A stretch of DNA of 63,617 nucleotides, filler included, from 6 parts of 6 records of this genome joined end to end with filler, not necessarily neighbours in it, one strand, 5' to 3'. Positions 1-10,143 are shown, numbered from the whole stretch's first letter. The notes: generated by a model not told the origin, from the sequence alone. Made by a program: numbers and translations.

Positions 1-414
1 CCAGGTGGGCCCCAGAATCACGCAAAAGTACGCCCAAAAATATCAGCCTTCCCGCTCAACCTCCAGCACTGCCCGCTAACAGCCAAAAAGCTCCCGTTCA
101 GCGGCCCTGGCGATCAAGGCCAGTAATTGCCCACCAAAAAATCTTCCCATCGGCAAAAATATTATGAGGACTTCATTCCAAGCCAATCCCAAAACCCCAA
201 GCCATGCAAGCTCCAATTTCTGCATCAGCGGAGCGACAATTCTGTGCAGCAGTCATTTGCATCACCGAATTGTGCATCTGCGGAACTCAATCGCTGATTG
301 CATTGCAGCTTCTGACCCAAGAACTAACAAAAAGAAAAAACAAGCCATGTGCCGCAGGCCAGGGCGAAGTGTCAAGCCTCTGCTCAGGAGAAATTCAGAG
401 ATAACCTTGGAAGC

Positions 415-1893
415 TTAAACACGGCCGCGATACCAGGGACTGACCTTAACAGCTGTGTAGCCCAAAGCCGCCATCACTACATATGCCGTAAATATGCCGT
501 ACCAGACGCCCTGCTGCTCCAGACCCGCAGGATAGGCCAGGAAAAGGGCCAGGGGAATCTGAACTACCGCCAGCGACCCCGCCACCAGCGTCATACTCAA
601 AATCACTAAACCAGCCCCGGAGAGCAAACGTGAGGTGATAATAGCCAGCAGGAAAAATGGATACGAAAATGCCGTGATGCGCAAATAACGCACGCTCTCA
701 TTGATAACCACAGGGTCCGACGAGAAAATGGTGCTGATGGGTTCGGCCAGGACGTAGACGATCAACCCCAAACCGCCGATCAGCATCAGATTCTGCGTGG
801 CCATAACCTTAAAGTATTGCCAGATGCGTTTGACCTGCCCCGCACCCAAATTCTGACTCGTGACGGTCTGCATCGTAACACCCATGGCGAAAATGGGCAT
901 GAAGACAAAAAAGTCGATTGACATGCCGATGGTGAATGCCGCTGAGACGTCAGCCCCAAAATTGCCGGCGATGTTAAAGATCGCAAGACGTGAGAGACTG
1001 ACAGTCATCATCTGCAGAGTCGCCGGCACACCAATGCGTGAGACCGCGCCCAAAACCGAAGCCCGCAAGCGCGGAAACTTAAAGGGTAAACGCATGTCGC
1101 CCTTGGCCATAAACAGCGCACCAACAGCCAGAACGGCCGAGACAGCCTGGGCCACAAATGTGCTGATGCCTGCGCCGGTAATGCCCAATTCTGGAAACAG
1201 TCCCCAGCCAAAAATCAGGAATGGGTCGAGTGCGGCATTCAGGCCCGCGCTGAGGATCAACAGCAGCATCGGGAAAAATGAATTGCCAATCGAGCGGTAA
1301 ATACTGCTTATCTGGAAAAAGATGAAGTTGAACGGTGAGGCCAGAATGATTACGCCCAGGTAGTTTTCGGTTAGGCTCAGGACCGCATCCTCGGCAGAGA
1401 ATAACGAGAGAAGAACGTCAAGACCCAGATAGAGAATCGCCGCCACCGCAAAAGCCAGTAGCCCAAAGTAAAGCACCGACTGCAGGGCTGTCTCACGCGC
1501 CTGCTCCATCTGGCGTGCGCCAAAACGGCGCGCCACAATTATTCCGGTGCCGTTGGCAAAGCCGCTGATCAATGTGAACAGCAGGAAATAGGTTGTGTTG
1601 CCAAAACCAAGTGCCGCCTGTGCGTCCGTTCCCAGCTGCGAAACAAAATAGAGATCAACAAAACCGTAGAGGCTGTTGATGAGAAACGAGAAAATCATGG
1701 GCGTGGCAAAACTCCACAGGCTGGACGTGATATTGCCCGAAAGGAGATTTACGGAGCCACTGAAATTGCGTTTGCCGCTTTTGGCCGAGCCGCTGGAATG
1801 GGGATCTGAAGTTTTTGCTGCCGAAGCGTCGCCGCGATGGTTGGGTGGTTGGTCTGGATTCTGCGCGGATGTGTCGCTATCGTCAGATTGCAT
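415..1893 (-). CDS. MATE family efflux transporter
   Basis: About 12 hydrophobic segments with MATE motifs (FVDLYFVSQLG, LNAALDPFLIFGWG..PELGITGAG, SQNLGAGQ). ATG at 1893 chosen over the ORF-track start at 2022. Confidence 0.9.
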   Translation of the reverse strand: MQSDDSDTSAQNPDQPPNHRGDASAAKTSDPHSSGSAKSGKRNFSGSVNLLSGNITSSLWSFATPMIFSFLINSLYGFVDLYFVSQLGTDAQAALGFGNTTYFLLFTLISGFANGTGIIVARRFGARQMEQARETALQSVLYFGLLAFAVAAILYLGLDVLLSLFSAEDAVLSLTENYLGVIILASPFNFIFFQISSIYRSIGNSFFPMLLLILSAGLNAALDPFLIFGWGLFPELGITGAGISTFVAQAVSAVLAVGALFMAKGDMRLPFKFPRLRASVLGAVSRIGVPATLQMMTVSLSRLAIFNIAGNFGADVSAAFTIGMSIDFFVFMPIFAMGVTMQTVTSQNLGAGQVKRIWQYFKVMATQNLMLIGGLGLIVYVLAEPISTIFSSDPVVINESVRYLRITAFSYPFFLLAIITSRLLSGAGLVILSMTLVAGSLAVVQIPLALFLAYPAGLEQQGVWYGIFTAYVVMAALGYTAVKVSPWYRGRV

Positions 1894-2153
1894 GTACGTT
1901 TTTCGCCGGAGTCGTTGAGTTGAGACGTGGGCCGAGACGATCACGGGCAACAAATGTTTGAGGCCAAACTGTGCTGGATCTATTGCATGGAGCTTCGCCG
2001 GCGGCAGCATGGAATGGGGCACGGATATGGTGCGGTTTTGGTGCGGAATGCCAGGCAGGGCGCAGTGCTGAATTCAGGGCAGCGTGCATTGCCTTGTGAT
2101 GTTGCTGATTCAGGTGTAAGTTTGTGCTCCGTCTACATCACTGATCATCAAAG

Positions 2154-3293
2154 GTGAAGATTATTATGTCTTTCGCGCTTTGGATCATGCTCAGCGGCCT
2201 TGTGATTTTTGGGCTGCGAGTGCTGATATCGTCGCTTGGCACCACTATTGAACGACATCGGGTACGGCGCTCTACAATGGGCGGTGCGCCTATTTCCGTC
2301 TCTGTGGTCGTTCCGGCACGTAATGAAGAAGGCAACATAGAACATTGCGTCCGCTCGATTTTTGCCTGTAAATATGAAGACGCCGACTTTGAGTTGATCG
2401 TCGTCAACGACCGCTCTGAAGACGGGACCTCCGCAATTCTAACACGCCTCGAAAAAGAGTTTCCGCAGCTGCGTGTGCACAATACCACCGAAGAAGAAAT
2501 CAAGAATAATATTGGCCTGCATGGCAAGGCGCGCGCCGTACACCAGGGGATCTGCCTTTCAAAAGGTGAATTGGTGTTGATGACGGATGCCGACTGTCAG
2601 GTGGCCGAGGGCTGGGTGCGCGGCATCGTGGAGCACTATGCTACCGACAAAATTGGGATGGTCGCATCCTTCACCGTGATCAACGCGCGGCGTCCTTTTG
2701 CGATGCTTCAGGCCGTCGAATGGGTTTTGAGTCACACAATGGCGATGGCGGGTGTGGGCCTGGGCAAACCAATTGGCTGTTTTGGCAATAATATTTCGAT
2801 CCGGCGTGAGACCTATGACGCGATCGGTGGTTATGAGAATATTCCATTTTCGGTGACGGAAGACCTGGCGCTGATGCAGGCCGTTGATCGCAGCCCCTGG
2901 GGCCTGCGCTATGCCTGTGGACGCGAAGTTGCAGTCACAACCGAACCGGCGGCCGACTGGGGCGAATTTTTCAGGCAGCATGTACGCTGGGCGAACGGCG
3001 GCCGTGCGCTGGGTTGGCGGGCGGCAGCATTTGTGATTTCGGCTGCGGGACTCTGGATTGCGCTGGTAGCCTCATTTTTTGTGGGGCCCTGGTGGACGCC
3101 GCTGGCTGTGATTGCCGCACGTCTGATAGGAGATGCCATAATGGTTTTGCCGTCATTGCGCGTGCTGGGACGCCTGCCGCTGGCATTTGCCCTGCCGCTG
3201 GCAATTCCATTCCTGATGTTGCTGGAATTAATCATTCCCTTCATGCTTTTTACGCGCAATGTGCACTGGAAAGGTCAAGTGTTTCGGACCTAG
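2154..3293 (+). CDS. Glycosyltransferase family 2 with N- and C-terminal membrane segments
   Basis: VSVVVPARNEE, VNDRSEDGT, TDADC (DxD), TEDL and QHVRW motifs of inverting GT2 enzymes. Confidence 0.9.
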   Translation: MKIIMSFALWIMLSGLVIFGLRVLISSLGTTIERHRVRRSTMGGAPISVSVVVPARNEEGNIEHCVRSIFACKYEDADFELIVVNDRSEDGTSAILTRLEKEFPQLRVHNTTEEEIKNNIGLHGKARAVHQGICLSKGELVLMTDADCQVAEGWVRGIVEHYATDKIGMVASFTVINARRPFAMLQAVEWVLSHTMAMAGVGLGKPIGCFGNNISIRRETYDAIGGYENIPFSVTEDLALMQAVDRSPWGLRYACGREVAVTTEPAADWGEFFRQHVRWANGGRALGWRAAAFVISAAGLWIALVASFFVGPWWTPLAVIAARLIGDAIMVLPSLRVLGRLPLAFALPLAIPFLMLLELIIPFMLFTRNVHWKGQVFRT

Positions 3294-3434
3294 GATCATG
3301 GTCCGGGAGCAGCTTTGCGGAACTGCATAAATTTTTATTCTTTTGCTTTTTGACTGGCTTTCGCCTAATTACCGGACTGTGACGCACCTCGTTGATGCGC
3401 GCTACAGCTTCCTGGCCACTAACTTTGAGTCTAC

Positions 3435-6400
3435 ATGCACGATTCAGCACTCCTGAATTTCATGCTGGTATTTGGCGGCATTATTGTCGCCGGCTTTCTT
3501 GGGAACGTCCTTTTCCGGTTGACGAAAATTCCCTCTGTGCTGCTGCTGATGATTCTGGGCGCCGTCCTGGGGCCTATCATCGGGCCGGAGCGTGTGGTCG
3601 AAATCGAAGGTTATGCTTCCTACTTTGGCACGGTAGCGCTGCTGATCATTCTCTTTGAGGGCGGGCTGGACCTGGACCTGCGCACCGTTGTGCAACAGTT
3701 GGGGAAATCCATCTTTCTGACTGTCAGCGTGTTTGTGCTGTCGGTGGCATTTACGATGCTCTTTGCCATCTATGTGATGGAGCTGGGCACGATTCAGGCT
3801 CTGCTGCTGGGCGGAATAGTTGGCGGTACCAGTCCGGCGATTATCCTGCCGATTGTCAACAAGCTGCGCGTAAGTGAGCAGTTTAAAACGATCATGTTTC
3901 TGGAGCCGGCACTTGCCGACGTTCTGATCATCGTCACGGCGATCATCGGCGTGGAAGTCTATACCACCCAGACGACCGACAGCGTTTCGATCATTTTCGA
4001 CTTTGTGCAATTGATGGGCGTGGCCATTATTCTGGCCGTGGTCGCCGGGGCTATCTGGGCACGTGTGATCGGCAGCCTGCGCGGCGAATCCGTGTCGTAT
4101 ATGCTGACACTCGGATTTCTGTTTTTGCTGTACTGGCTCGCCGAAATCAGCGGCGCCAGCGGCGTAATTGCCGTCTTTTTCTTTGGAATGGTGCTGGCAA
4201 ATGTGGAAGGCACACTCAAACGCGTCAGCGGGGGCATCCGGCGTTTGCTGGGAATTCGCGTGGACGCCACCAAGTTTGCGCTCGACGAATTTATCCACAA
4301 CATCACGATTGAACTCTCATTCCTCGTCCGCGTTTTCTTCTTTGTTCTGCTTGGACTTCTGCTGAATCTGGACGACCTGACGGCAGACCGTACCATCCAG
4401 ATTCTGCTGATTACGCTGGCCTGTGTGGCCGCGCGCGTGCTCGGAGTCTGGATCTTCCAGAAGCTCAACAAGACATTTACGAGCTACGAAAATCTGATCA
4501 TGCACAGCATGATGCCACGTGGTTTGGCGACGGCCGTTGTTGCCTTTTTCATCTTTGAGATGAGCATCGAAGGCACCGAATACTTTCCGCTCTACGCACT
4601 TGGCGTCATCTTCCTGACCAATATTATCATGACCGGTCTGGTCACGATTGCCGAGCGCCGCCGCAGCAACAAGGAAAAAGCTGACGACAAGGCCGAGGAA
4701 AGTGAACTCTCTGCCGAAGAGCGCGCCGGCATCGACCTTTCAGCCACGCGGACACATGCACTTGCCGAAGAAGGCATCAAAGCGCAAACGGACAAAATCG
4801 AGCCTGACGACACTGAAACGGTGGTCGAAGAAGAACATCCCGAAGAACTGACGCCTGCCGGTACCGGCGCGACACAAAAAGCTGCTGCGCGCGACGCCGA
4901 AACTGTGTCGCTCGATTCAATGCGCGATGCCGGGAAAACGAATGGCATCGGTCGTGAAGAAAGTGTGCCGGCCCACGAAGACGATTACGCTGACTACGAG
5001 GAAGGTGACCATCACGGAACCTTCCACGACAGAATTACGCATCTGCTGCGCATCAAGCCGCGCCGCTTTCGCGATATCGATTACGTCTCCACGCGCTCCC
5101 TGCGCCTGACAAATGCAGTCTATTGGCTTCAGATTTTTGCCACGACGATGGTGACGATTTTTGGCCTGATGATGGAAAGCTCGGAAGTGGTTCTGGCTGG
5201 AATGCTGATCTCTCCCGTTCTTTCGCTGTTTAATTCGCTCGGCATGTCGCTCACTGAAGGCGATATTTACATGTTTCTCAAGGGCTTTCTCAAGCTCTGT
5301 TTAACAGCCGGTGTGATTATCTTCCTCAGTTCGATCGTGGCTGCGGCGGTGCCGTTTACCGGCGTGCCGGAGTCAATTATCGAACGCATGCAGCCGACGG
5401 TGCTCGACTTTACGCTGGCCTTTTTCGTCGGGATATTTGTGCCGATCGTAATGCTGCGCGGCCGTCAGGTTGAAATTTTTGCACTCTCGCCAATCGTAGC
5501 GCTGCTCGTATTTCCACCGCTGGCGGTTGTGGGTTATGGGATTGGTTCCGGCAATAAAGCCGACGCGCTGCTGCCCCTGATATCGGGTGGTTTGCTCTCA
5601 GTGATTGCCGTTTCCGTCGCGATTTTCCTCGGTGCAGTTTTAGTCCTGTTAACACTTGGAGTTGTGCGCCACGAGGCGTCCGACTACATCCGCGAGTGGA
5701 AAAAGAAAGAGCTAACAAATGGTGTGCTGGCCAGAATTCTACGTCCCCTTGGTGTAACGCGATTCCTGGGCACTGCAGGCACGGCAAGTGCGCGTGTGGT
5801 TGTATTGGTGTTGTTTTGCCTGGCCGTAATTATTCCGCTGCAGCGCGCCGTTAACGAGGTTTCCGAAACATATGCCGTGGAGGAAACGATCAAGGAAATG
5901 GCTAAACGTTTTGAAGTTGGCAACGTTTCCTCGATTAACTCTTTGGACGTGGAACGCAGCGAAAAAATGATTACGGTGCGCATTCGCCTCTCAACCAAAG
6001 ACTATTTCACTAATCGCGATATTAACGAATTTGAAAATGAAGCTCTGCAGCGACTGGGCAAAAATACCAATTTGATTCTGGTGCAGAGTCGTGGTCACGT
6101 GGGAGCCGTTAGCGAAAAATCGGATGATGTGCCCGCTTTAACCTCGGCGCTCGAAACGGATTTTGTACAAGGTCTGCGCGGCCTCGAAAATGCATATCGT
6201 GAGGCGCTGGTTTCGGTGACGGCTGTTGACGAAGCTGAGTTCTTTGGTTTTGCAACACGCATGGCGCCGCTGAATGGCCGCGGAATTACGGTCGTCAGTT
6301 ATCTGTCAGACGGTCCGCTGCCGCGTTCATCCCTCAGCCTTGTTAAGGCGAATGTGGCGACGGAGCTGGGAGTTGATACATCAACCGTGCATTTGCGCTG

Positions 6401-6677
6401 GGTGCCGCGCACGATGGAAGCTGCGAGTCCGGACTTAACAAAAATGACGAGCCCGAATCACCATCTTTCGGCTGCGCACCTGTTGGATGAATATCCGGAG
6501 TTGGCCGTTTCAGTGTATGGGCCGGGCGGTGTTAACGTCTCTGAAGTTGATGACGCGTTTAACAGTTTGCGGCGTTCACAGCCGGGATTGGTTGCCGATT
6601 CGCGTTTAACATTTTACCGCTCGGATGACTTGCGCGATAGTTATCGCGTGGTGCTGCGTTTGAGTACCAGACGTTAA
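3435..6677 (+). CDS. Cation:proton antiporter (CPA1/NhaP-like) fused to a DUF389 (TIGR00341-like) membrane domain
   Basis: N-terminal ~400 aa has ILFEGGLDLD, GGTSPAII, EPALAD and MPRGLATAV. An acidic linker follows, then VVLAGMLISP and RMQPTVLDFTLAF typical of DUF389, then a soluble C-terminus. Single uninterrupted 1080-aa ORF. Confidence 0.8.
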   Translation: MHDSALLNFMLVFGGIIVAGFLGNVLFRLTKIPSVLLLMILGAVLGPIIGPERVVEIEGYASYFGTVALLIILFEGGLDLDLRTVVQQLGKSIFLTVSVFVLSVAFTMLFAIYVMELGTIQALLLGGIVGGTSPAIILPIVNKLRVSEQFKTIMFLEPALADVLIIVTAIIGVEVYTTQTTDSVSIIFDFVQLMGVAIILAVVAGAIWARVIGSLRGESVSYMLTLGFLFLLYWLAEISGASGVIAVFFFGMVLANVEGTLKRVSGGIRRLLGIRVDATKFALDEFIHNITIELSFLVRVFFFVLLGLLLNLDDLTADRTIQILLITLACVAARVLGVWIFQKLNKTFTSYENLIMHSMMPRGLATAVVAFFIFEMSIEGTEYFPLYALGVIFLTNIIMTGLVTIAERRRSNKEKADDKAEESELSAEERAGIDLSATRTHALAEEGIKAQTDKIEPDDTETVVEEEHPEELTPAGTGATQKAAARDAETVSLDSMRDAGKTNGIGREESVPAHEDDYADYEEGDHHGTFHDRITHLLRIKPRRFRDIDYVSTRSLRLTNAVYWLQIFATTMVTIFGLMMESSEVVLAGMLISPVLSLFNSLGMSLTEGDIYMFLKGFLKLCLTAGVIIFLSSIVAAAVPFTGVPESIIERMQPTVLDFTLAFFVGIFVPIVMLRGRQVEIFALSPIVALLVFPPLAVVGYGIGSGNKADALLPLISGGLLSVIAVSVAIFLGAVLVLLTLGVVRHEASDYIREWKKKELTNGVLARILRPLGVTRFLGTAGTASARVVVLVLFCLAVIIPLQRAVNEVSETYAVEETIKEMAKRFEVGNVSSINSLDVERSEKMITVRIRLSTKDYFTNRDINEFENEALQRLGKNTNLILVQSRGHVGAVSEKSDDVPALTSALETDFVQGLRGLENAYREALVSVTAVDEAEFFGFATRMAPLNGRGITVVSYLSDGPLPRSSLSLVKANVATELGVDTSTVHLRWVPRTMEAASPDLTKMTSPNHHLSAAHLLDEYPELAVSVYGPGGVNVSEVDDAFNSLRRSQPGLVADSRLTFYRSDDLRDSYRVVLRLSTRR

Positions 6678-6746
6678 GTGTGTTGGTTGTTCTTGGACTA
6701 GTTCTTGTGTCTTGAGCTTTGTGGCTGCTGATTCCTGTGATTATTA

Positions 6747-6788
6747 GTTCTGGTGCTGTTGGTTCTGGTGCTGTTGGTTCTGGTGCTG
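6747..6788. repeat. Short tandem repeat, ~2.8 copies of GTTCTGGTGCTGTTG
   Basis: Read directly from the sequence. Confidence 0.85.
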
Positions 6789-6877
6789 GGCGCTTTGAGC
6801 CCTGGCCTGCTCTTGTCCTGCTTTTGGGCTGCGCCCTTTGGCTTGGCGGCGGTCTCAGGCTTTATGATTGTTTTGTT
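6789..6877. repeat. Degenerate copy of dispersed repeat family R1
   Basis: Shares GGCGCTTTGAGCC...CCTGCTC...GCTGCGC...GTCTCAGGCTT..TGATT...TTGTT with 32343-32407 and 36751-36815. Confidence 0.65.
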
Positions 6878-7163
6878 AATAGTTTAGAGAACAGACGCAG
6901 GTCTCTGGGAGGCAATTCCGCTTCAGATGACTTGGGTCTTACGTGTTTGCGCCCCGGGATTTAGGCTGCGCAGGGTTGCAACATCTGCGACTGGAAGATT
7001 TGGCACTCATGTGTTCGCGAGTTCAGCTAACAGAATTTGGGAGCTTATCCCTAAGTACGGCACCGAGTTGGGGGAATATGTCGCAGAAAACTCTGAGTGT
7101 CGGGTCACATGTTATCCGGAATTCGGTCAAATCCAAGCCTCAAAACCACCGGGTCGAGCCCTA

Positions 7164-7263
7164 NNNNNNNNNNNNNNNNNNNNNNNNNNNNNNNNNNNNN
7201 NNNNNNNTTAATTAATTAANNNNNNNNNNNNNNNNNNNNNNNNNNNNNNNNNNNNNNNNNNNN
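7164..7263. other. Artificial contig-join spacer
   Basis: N-run around TTAATTAATTAA (stops in all frames), exactly 100 bp. Confidence 0.99.
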
Positions 7264-7302
7264 ATCAATTGGTCGTAGGTTCGATCCCTACCGTCGGAGC
7301 CA
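7264..7302 (+). tRNA. tRNA 3' portion, most likely tRNA-Asn (truncated by contig start)
   Basis: ATCAATTGGTC-GTAGG TTCGATC CCTAC-CGTCGGA-G-CCA gives a T-arm, acceptor strand, G discriminator and CCA. The anticodon is not visible; Asn is inferred from the GGAGCCA end. Confidence 0.8.
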
Positions 7303-7311
7303 AAAGTTTCA

Positions 7312-7348
7312 AAGGGCCTAGCATGTGAATGCTGGGCCCTTACTTTTT
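7312..7348 (+). terminator. Intrinsic terminator after tRNA
   Basis: AAGGGCCTAGCA-loop-TGCTGGGCCCTT hairpin followed by ACTTTTT. Confidence 0.75.
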
Positions 7349-7686
7349 GCGCCAACGCAACGTCCCGGAATCCAACCTGCCACCAGACAGAAAATGAGAC
7401 TGCTTGTCCCGAAATTCAGGCGGTTAGTGGACGTAGTCTATTATTTCGATTCGGGCACCCAGCCAGACGGAATCGCGCCATTGTCCTGATCGGCGAAACA
7501 AACCGAACGCAGGAAAAATATTGTTCCTCGGATTCACTAGAATTTGCGCCTGCGCTGCCACATTTCCGCTAAATGAGCTAATTTCCTTGAGGGATGTACG
7601 CTCTTTCGGGCAGTTTGTTGTTGAGGGTCGGGGGACTTTCAACTTGAACGCAGAATGCTTCGGTTGGGTTAATTTTAGGGTTCTTT

Positions 7687-9807
7687 ATGCCTAGACTTAC
7701 CCTCACGGGATCTTCTGCGACCGGCTCTTTCGTTGCCAAGAGCATGTTTGGCGCCAATGCTGTTTTTGAACGCACCGAGGATGGTGCGCCGGGCGAGGCT
7801 TATACCTCAGCCGCAGCCAACCTTGGTGTTACATCCGTGCGTTTCGGCGGCGGGCAAAGCGATTTGCCACCCACCAGATTGCATAAAGATGGCGACCCCC
7901 CTGTCGATGGTGAGGACTGGATTAACATCGTAACGATGCCGGATGGCAATCTGCGCACCGAGGTCGTGAATTTCTTTGAATGGTGCAGTGCGGGCGGCCA
8001 TGCCGGCCCCGATGCCGAACCGATTTGCGCGGTTCTGGTGATCCCGACCAAACATCTCAGCACCGAAGATTATGCCGGATTTGCCGATGACATCGCTGCC
8101 TTTGTCGAAACCGTGATGGGCCAGTATGGCCACCTGATCGAAGCGTTCCAGATCGGCAATGAGTATTGGGATATCGGCGAGACGGCCTACGGTCAGCGTG
8201 CCTCTATCGCCGCCGAAGCGGTTGAAGCCGGCATGATCGGCGCAGGCATTGCCCAAAAAGATCAACCGTCGATTATTGTGCAGATGGCAACCGCAGGCAA
8301 TGAGGGATCAGAGTTTCAGGCGACCGAAGGCATCAATGACTACCGCCAGCGCAACGATGATGCCAACCGGCAGATCATTGACCAGCTCAGCAATGCTGCG
8401 CGCGATGCAATTGATGGCGTGACAGAGCATTACTATTACAACAAGCACCATTACAAATTCGGCACCCATTCCAACGAAGTGAACTTCATTGACCGCGATT
8501 TCGATGTCTGGTCAGACGCCTTCGACAAGGATCTGGATTTGCACATCACCGAATGGAACGTGCGGACAACGATCACCGCCCAGCATGGGTTTGTCGCCGG
8601 ATCTACCCTGATCAAACAATTCTCGAACATGATCGAACTTGGCGTGGACGCGGCCAATATCTGGGCCTTGGACTATCATTCCAAAACGGCGCTGACACTG
8701 GAAACAGATGGCGGTGCCAACACCGACGATCAGGGCCGGATGATGAATTCCTCTCAAGCGGCTGCGTTTGATTTGATGGCCGGTTCCATAGCGGGCAAGG
8801 AACTGATTTCCTTTGATTTTGACCAAACGTTCCCGGAGATTTCAATCACGGCTTACGGCGATCAGGACACGACGGTGCTGTATGTCTCTTCTCGCTCATT
8901 GGAGAGCATGGATGTAACGCTGGACCTGTCGCAGCTCTTTGCAAATGCCGCCTCCATCAGCGGTGTCAAAGTGTCTCTCGACACAAGTTCGACAAACGGT
9001 ATGCAATGGGAAAGGGGCGTCGATGCCAAGAGCGTGACAATCGAAGGCGCCCCCTATTTCTATAACGAACACGATGCGGATGTCCTGTTCACAGATATCA
9101 CCTATACAGACGCCAGCGACATCAGCTTTGACCTCAAACCGTTTGAGTTTCTTGAGCTGACCATCGAAACGCCGCCTGCGCCGGTTGAACTCGCCAAATT
9201 CATCGGAAGCGACGCCGACGATCTGATCATTTATGACGACCTGCTGGGCGAAGCCGAAGGCGGCGGCGGTTTGGACAGTCTTTTGGTGGCCGGAGAGCGC
9301 AGCAATGTAACGGTCGCACAGCACGATGATGGCCATATTGCGTTTTCCCACGCCGAAACCCCCCATGATCTCAAGCTCGACGGGGTTGAGCGGATCCAGT
9401 TCGACGACGGCGCCATCGCCTTTGATATCGAAGGCAATGGTGGTCAGGCCTATCGTCTGTATCAAGCCAGCTTTGACCGCATCCCCGATGAGGCGGGCCT
9501 TGGATTCTGGATCGGGCAACTGGATGGCGGCACCTTGTCCCTCAACCAGATCGCGCAGTATTTCATCGACTCCGATGAATTCACCCAGGTCCACGGTGAC
9601 AACGACCTACTGAAAGACTCGCAATATCTCGACCTTTTGTATCAAAATGTGCTTGATCGGATGCCCGACCAAGCCGGTTATGATTTCTGGAGTGTTCAAC
9701 AACAAAACGGTCTGACACGGGCCGAAATGTTGACCTACTTTTCAGAAAGCGACGAGGTTAAGACCAACGTATTCGCCGCCGTCGAGGATGGCATCTGGTT
9801 TATCTGA
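7687..9807 (+). CDS. Putative surface/secreted protein: glycoside-hydrolase-like N-terminal domain plus C-terminal DUF4214
   Basis: RFGGG, IGNEYW and ITEWN resemble clan GH-A catalytic motifs. The C-terminus has VERIQFDDG and AYRLYQASFDRIPDEAGLGFW..LYQNVLDRMPDQAGYDFW (DUF4214 pattern). Very acidic, no signal peptide. Confidence 0.7.
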   Translation: MPRLTLTGSSATGSFVAKSMFGANAVFERTEDGAPGEAYTSAAANLGVTSVRFGGGQSDLPPTRLHKDGDPPVDGEDWINIVTMPDGNLRTEVVNFFEWCSAGGHAGPDAEPICAVLVIPTKHLSTEDYAGFADDIAAFVETVMGQYGHLIEAFQIGNEYWDIGETAYGQRASIAAEAVEAGMIGAGIAQKDQPSIIVQMATAGNEGSEFQATEGINDYRQRNDDANRQIIDQLSNAARDAIDGVTEHYYYNKHHYKFGTHSNEVNFIDRDFDVWSDAFDKDLDLHITEWNVRTTITAQHGFVAGSTLIKQFSNMIELGVDAANIWALDYHSKTALTLETDGGANTDDQGRMMNSSQAAAFDLMAGSIAGKELISFDFDQTFPEISITAYGDQDTTVLYVSSRSLESMDVTLDLSQLFANAASISGVKVSLDTSSTNGMQWERGVDAKSVTIEGAPYFYNEHDADVLFTDITYTDASDISFDLKPFEFLELTIETPPAPVELAKFIGSDADDLIIYDDLLGEAEGGGGLDSLLVAGERSNVTVAQHDDGHIAFSHAETPHDLKLDGVERIQFDDGAIAFDIEGNGGQAYRLYQASFDRIPDEAGLGFWIGQLDGGTLSLNQIAQYFIDSDEFTQVHGDNDLLKDSQYLDLLYQNVLDRMPDQAGYDFWSVQQQNGLTRAEMLTYFSESDEVKTNVFAAVEDGIWFI

Positions 9808-9969
9808 GCAGGTCGCTCAATTCTTACCAAAACTATTGTAAACATGGGGTTTCCGGCAAGAAATTGCCCCTATTCGGCCCCCTTCCAGCCCCTGCACCGG
9901 CATGCTTTTCTGCCATCCTTGCCTCAGGCGCGGACGATTCTCGTCCCCCGTTGAGCAAGGAGCAGATCA

Positions 9970-10104
9970 ATGATCCGTCCAGAACCAAAGAAAGACCAGC
10001 AGGCCGAAACCCATCAGACCCAAACACCAGAGCCGCAAGCCACCGCCCACCAAGGCCAGGACCAACAGCCCACGCCGCTGATCACCGATTACGCCAGCCT
10101 TTGA
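9970..10104 (+). CDS. Small 44-aa protein MIRPEPKKDQQ...PTPLITDYASL (not in ORF track)
   Basis: AAGGAG RBS at 9957-9962, 7 nt before the ATG. Open frame to TGA at 10102-10104, same strand and 39 bp before the TfoX-like gene. Confidence 0.65.
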   Translation: MIRPEPKKDQQAETHQTQTPEPQATAHQGQDQQPTPLITDYASL

Positions 10105-10143
10105 AGCGTGACAGCCCCGCCTGCGCGGATTAAACACAAGGCT

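Noticed and set aside
1..414. Short ORFs at the window start
   Set aside because: Overlapping, motif-free ORFs downstream of the MATE gene; probably intergenic.
6747..6788. 15-bp tandem repeat as possible CRISPR or coding repeat
   Set aside because: No spacers, under three copies, no cas genes; the overlapping 81-aa ORF looks spurious.
7208..7219. TTAATTAATTAA palindrome repeated five times
   Set aside because: Artificial all-frame-stop linker inside N-runs, not biological.
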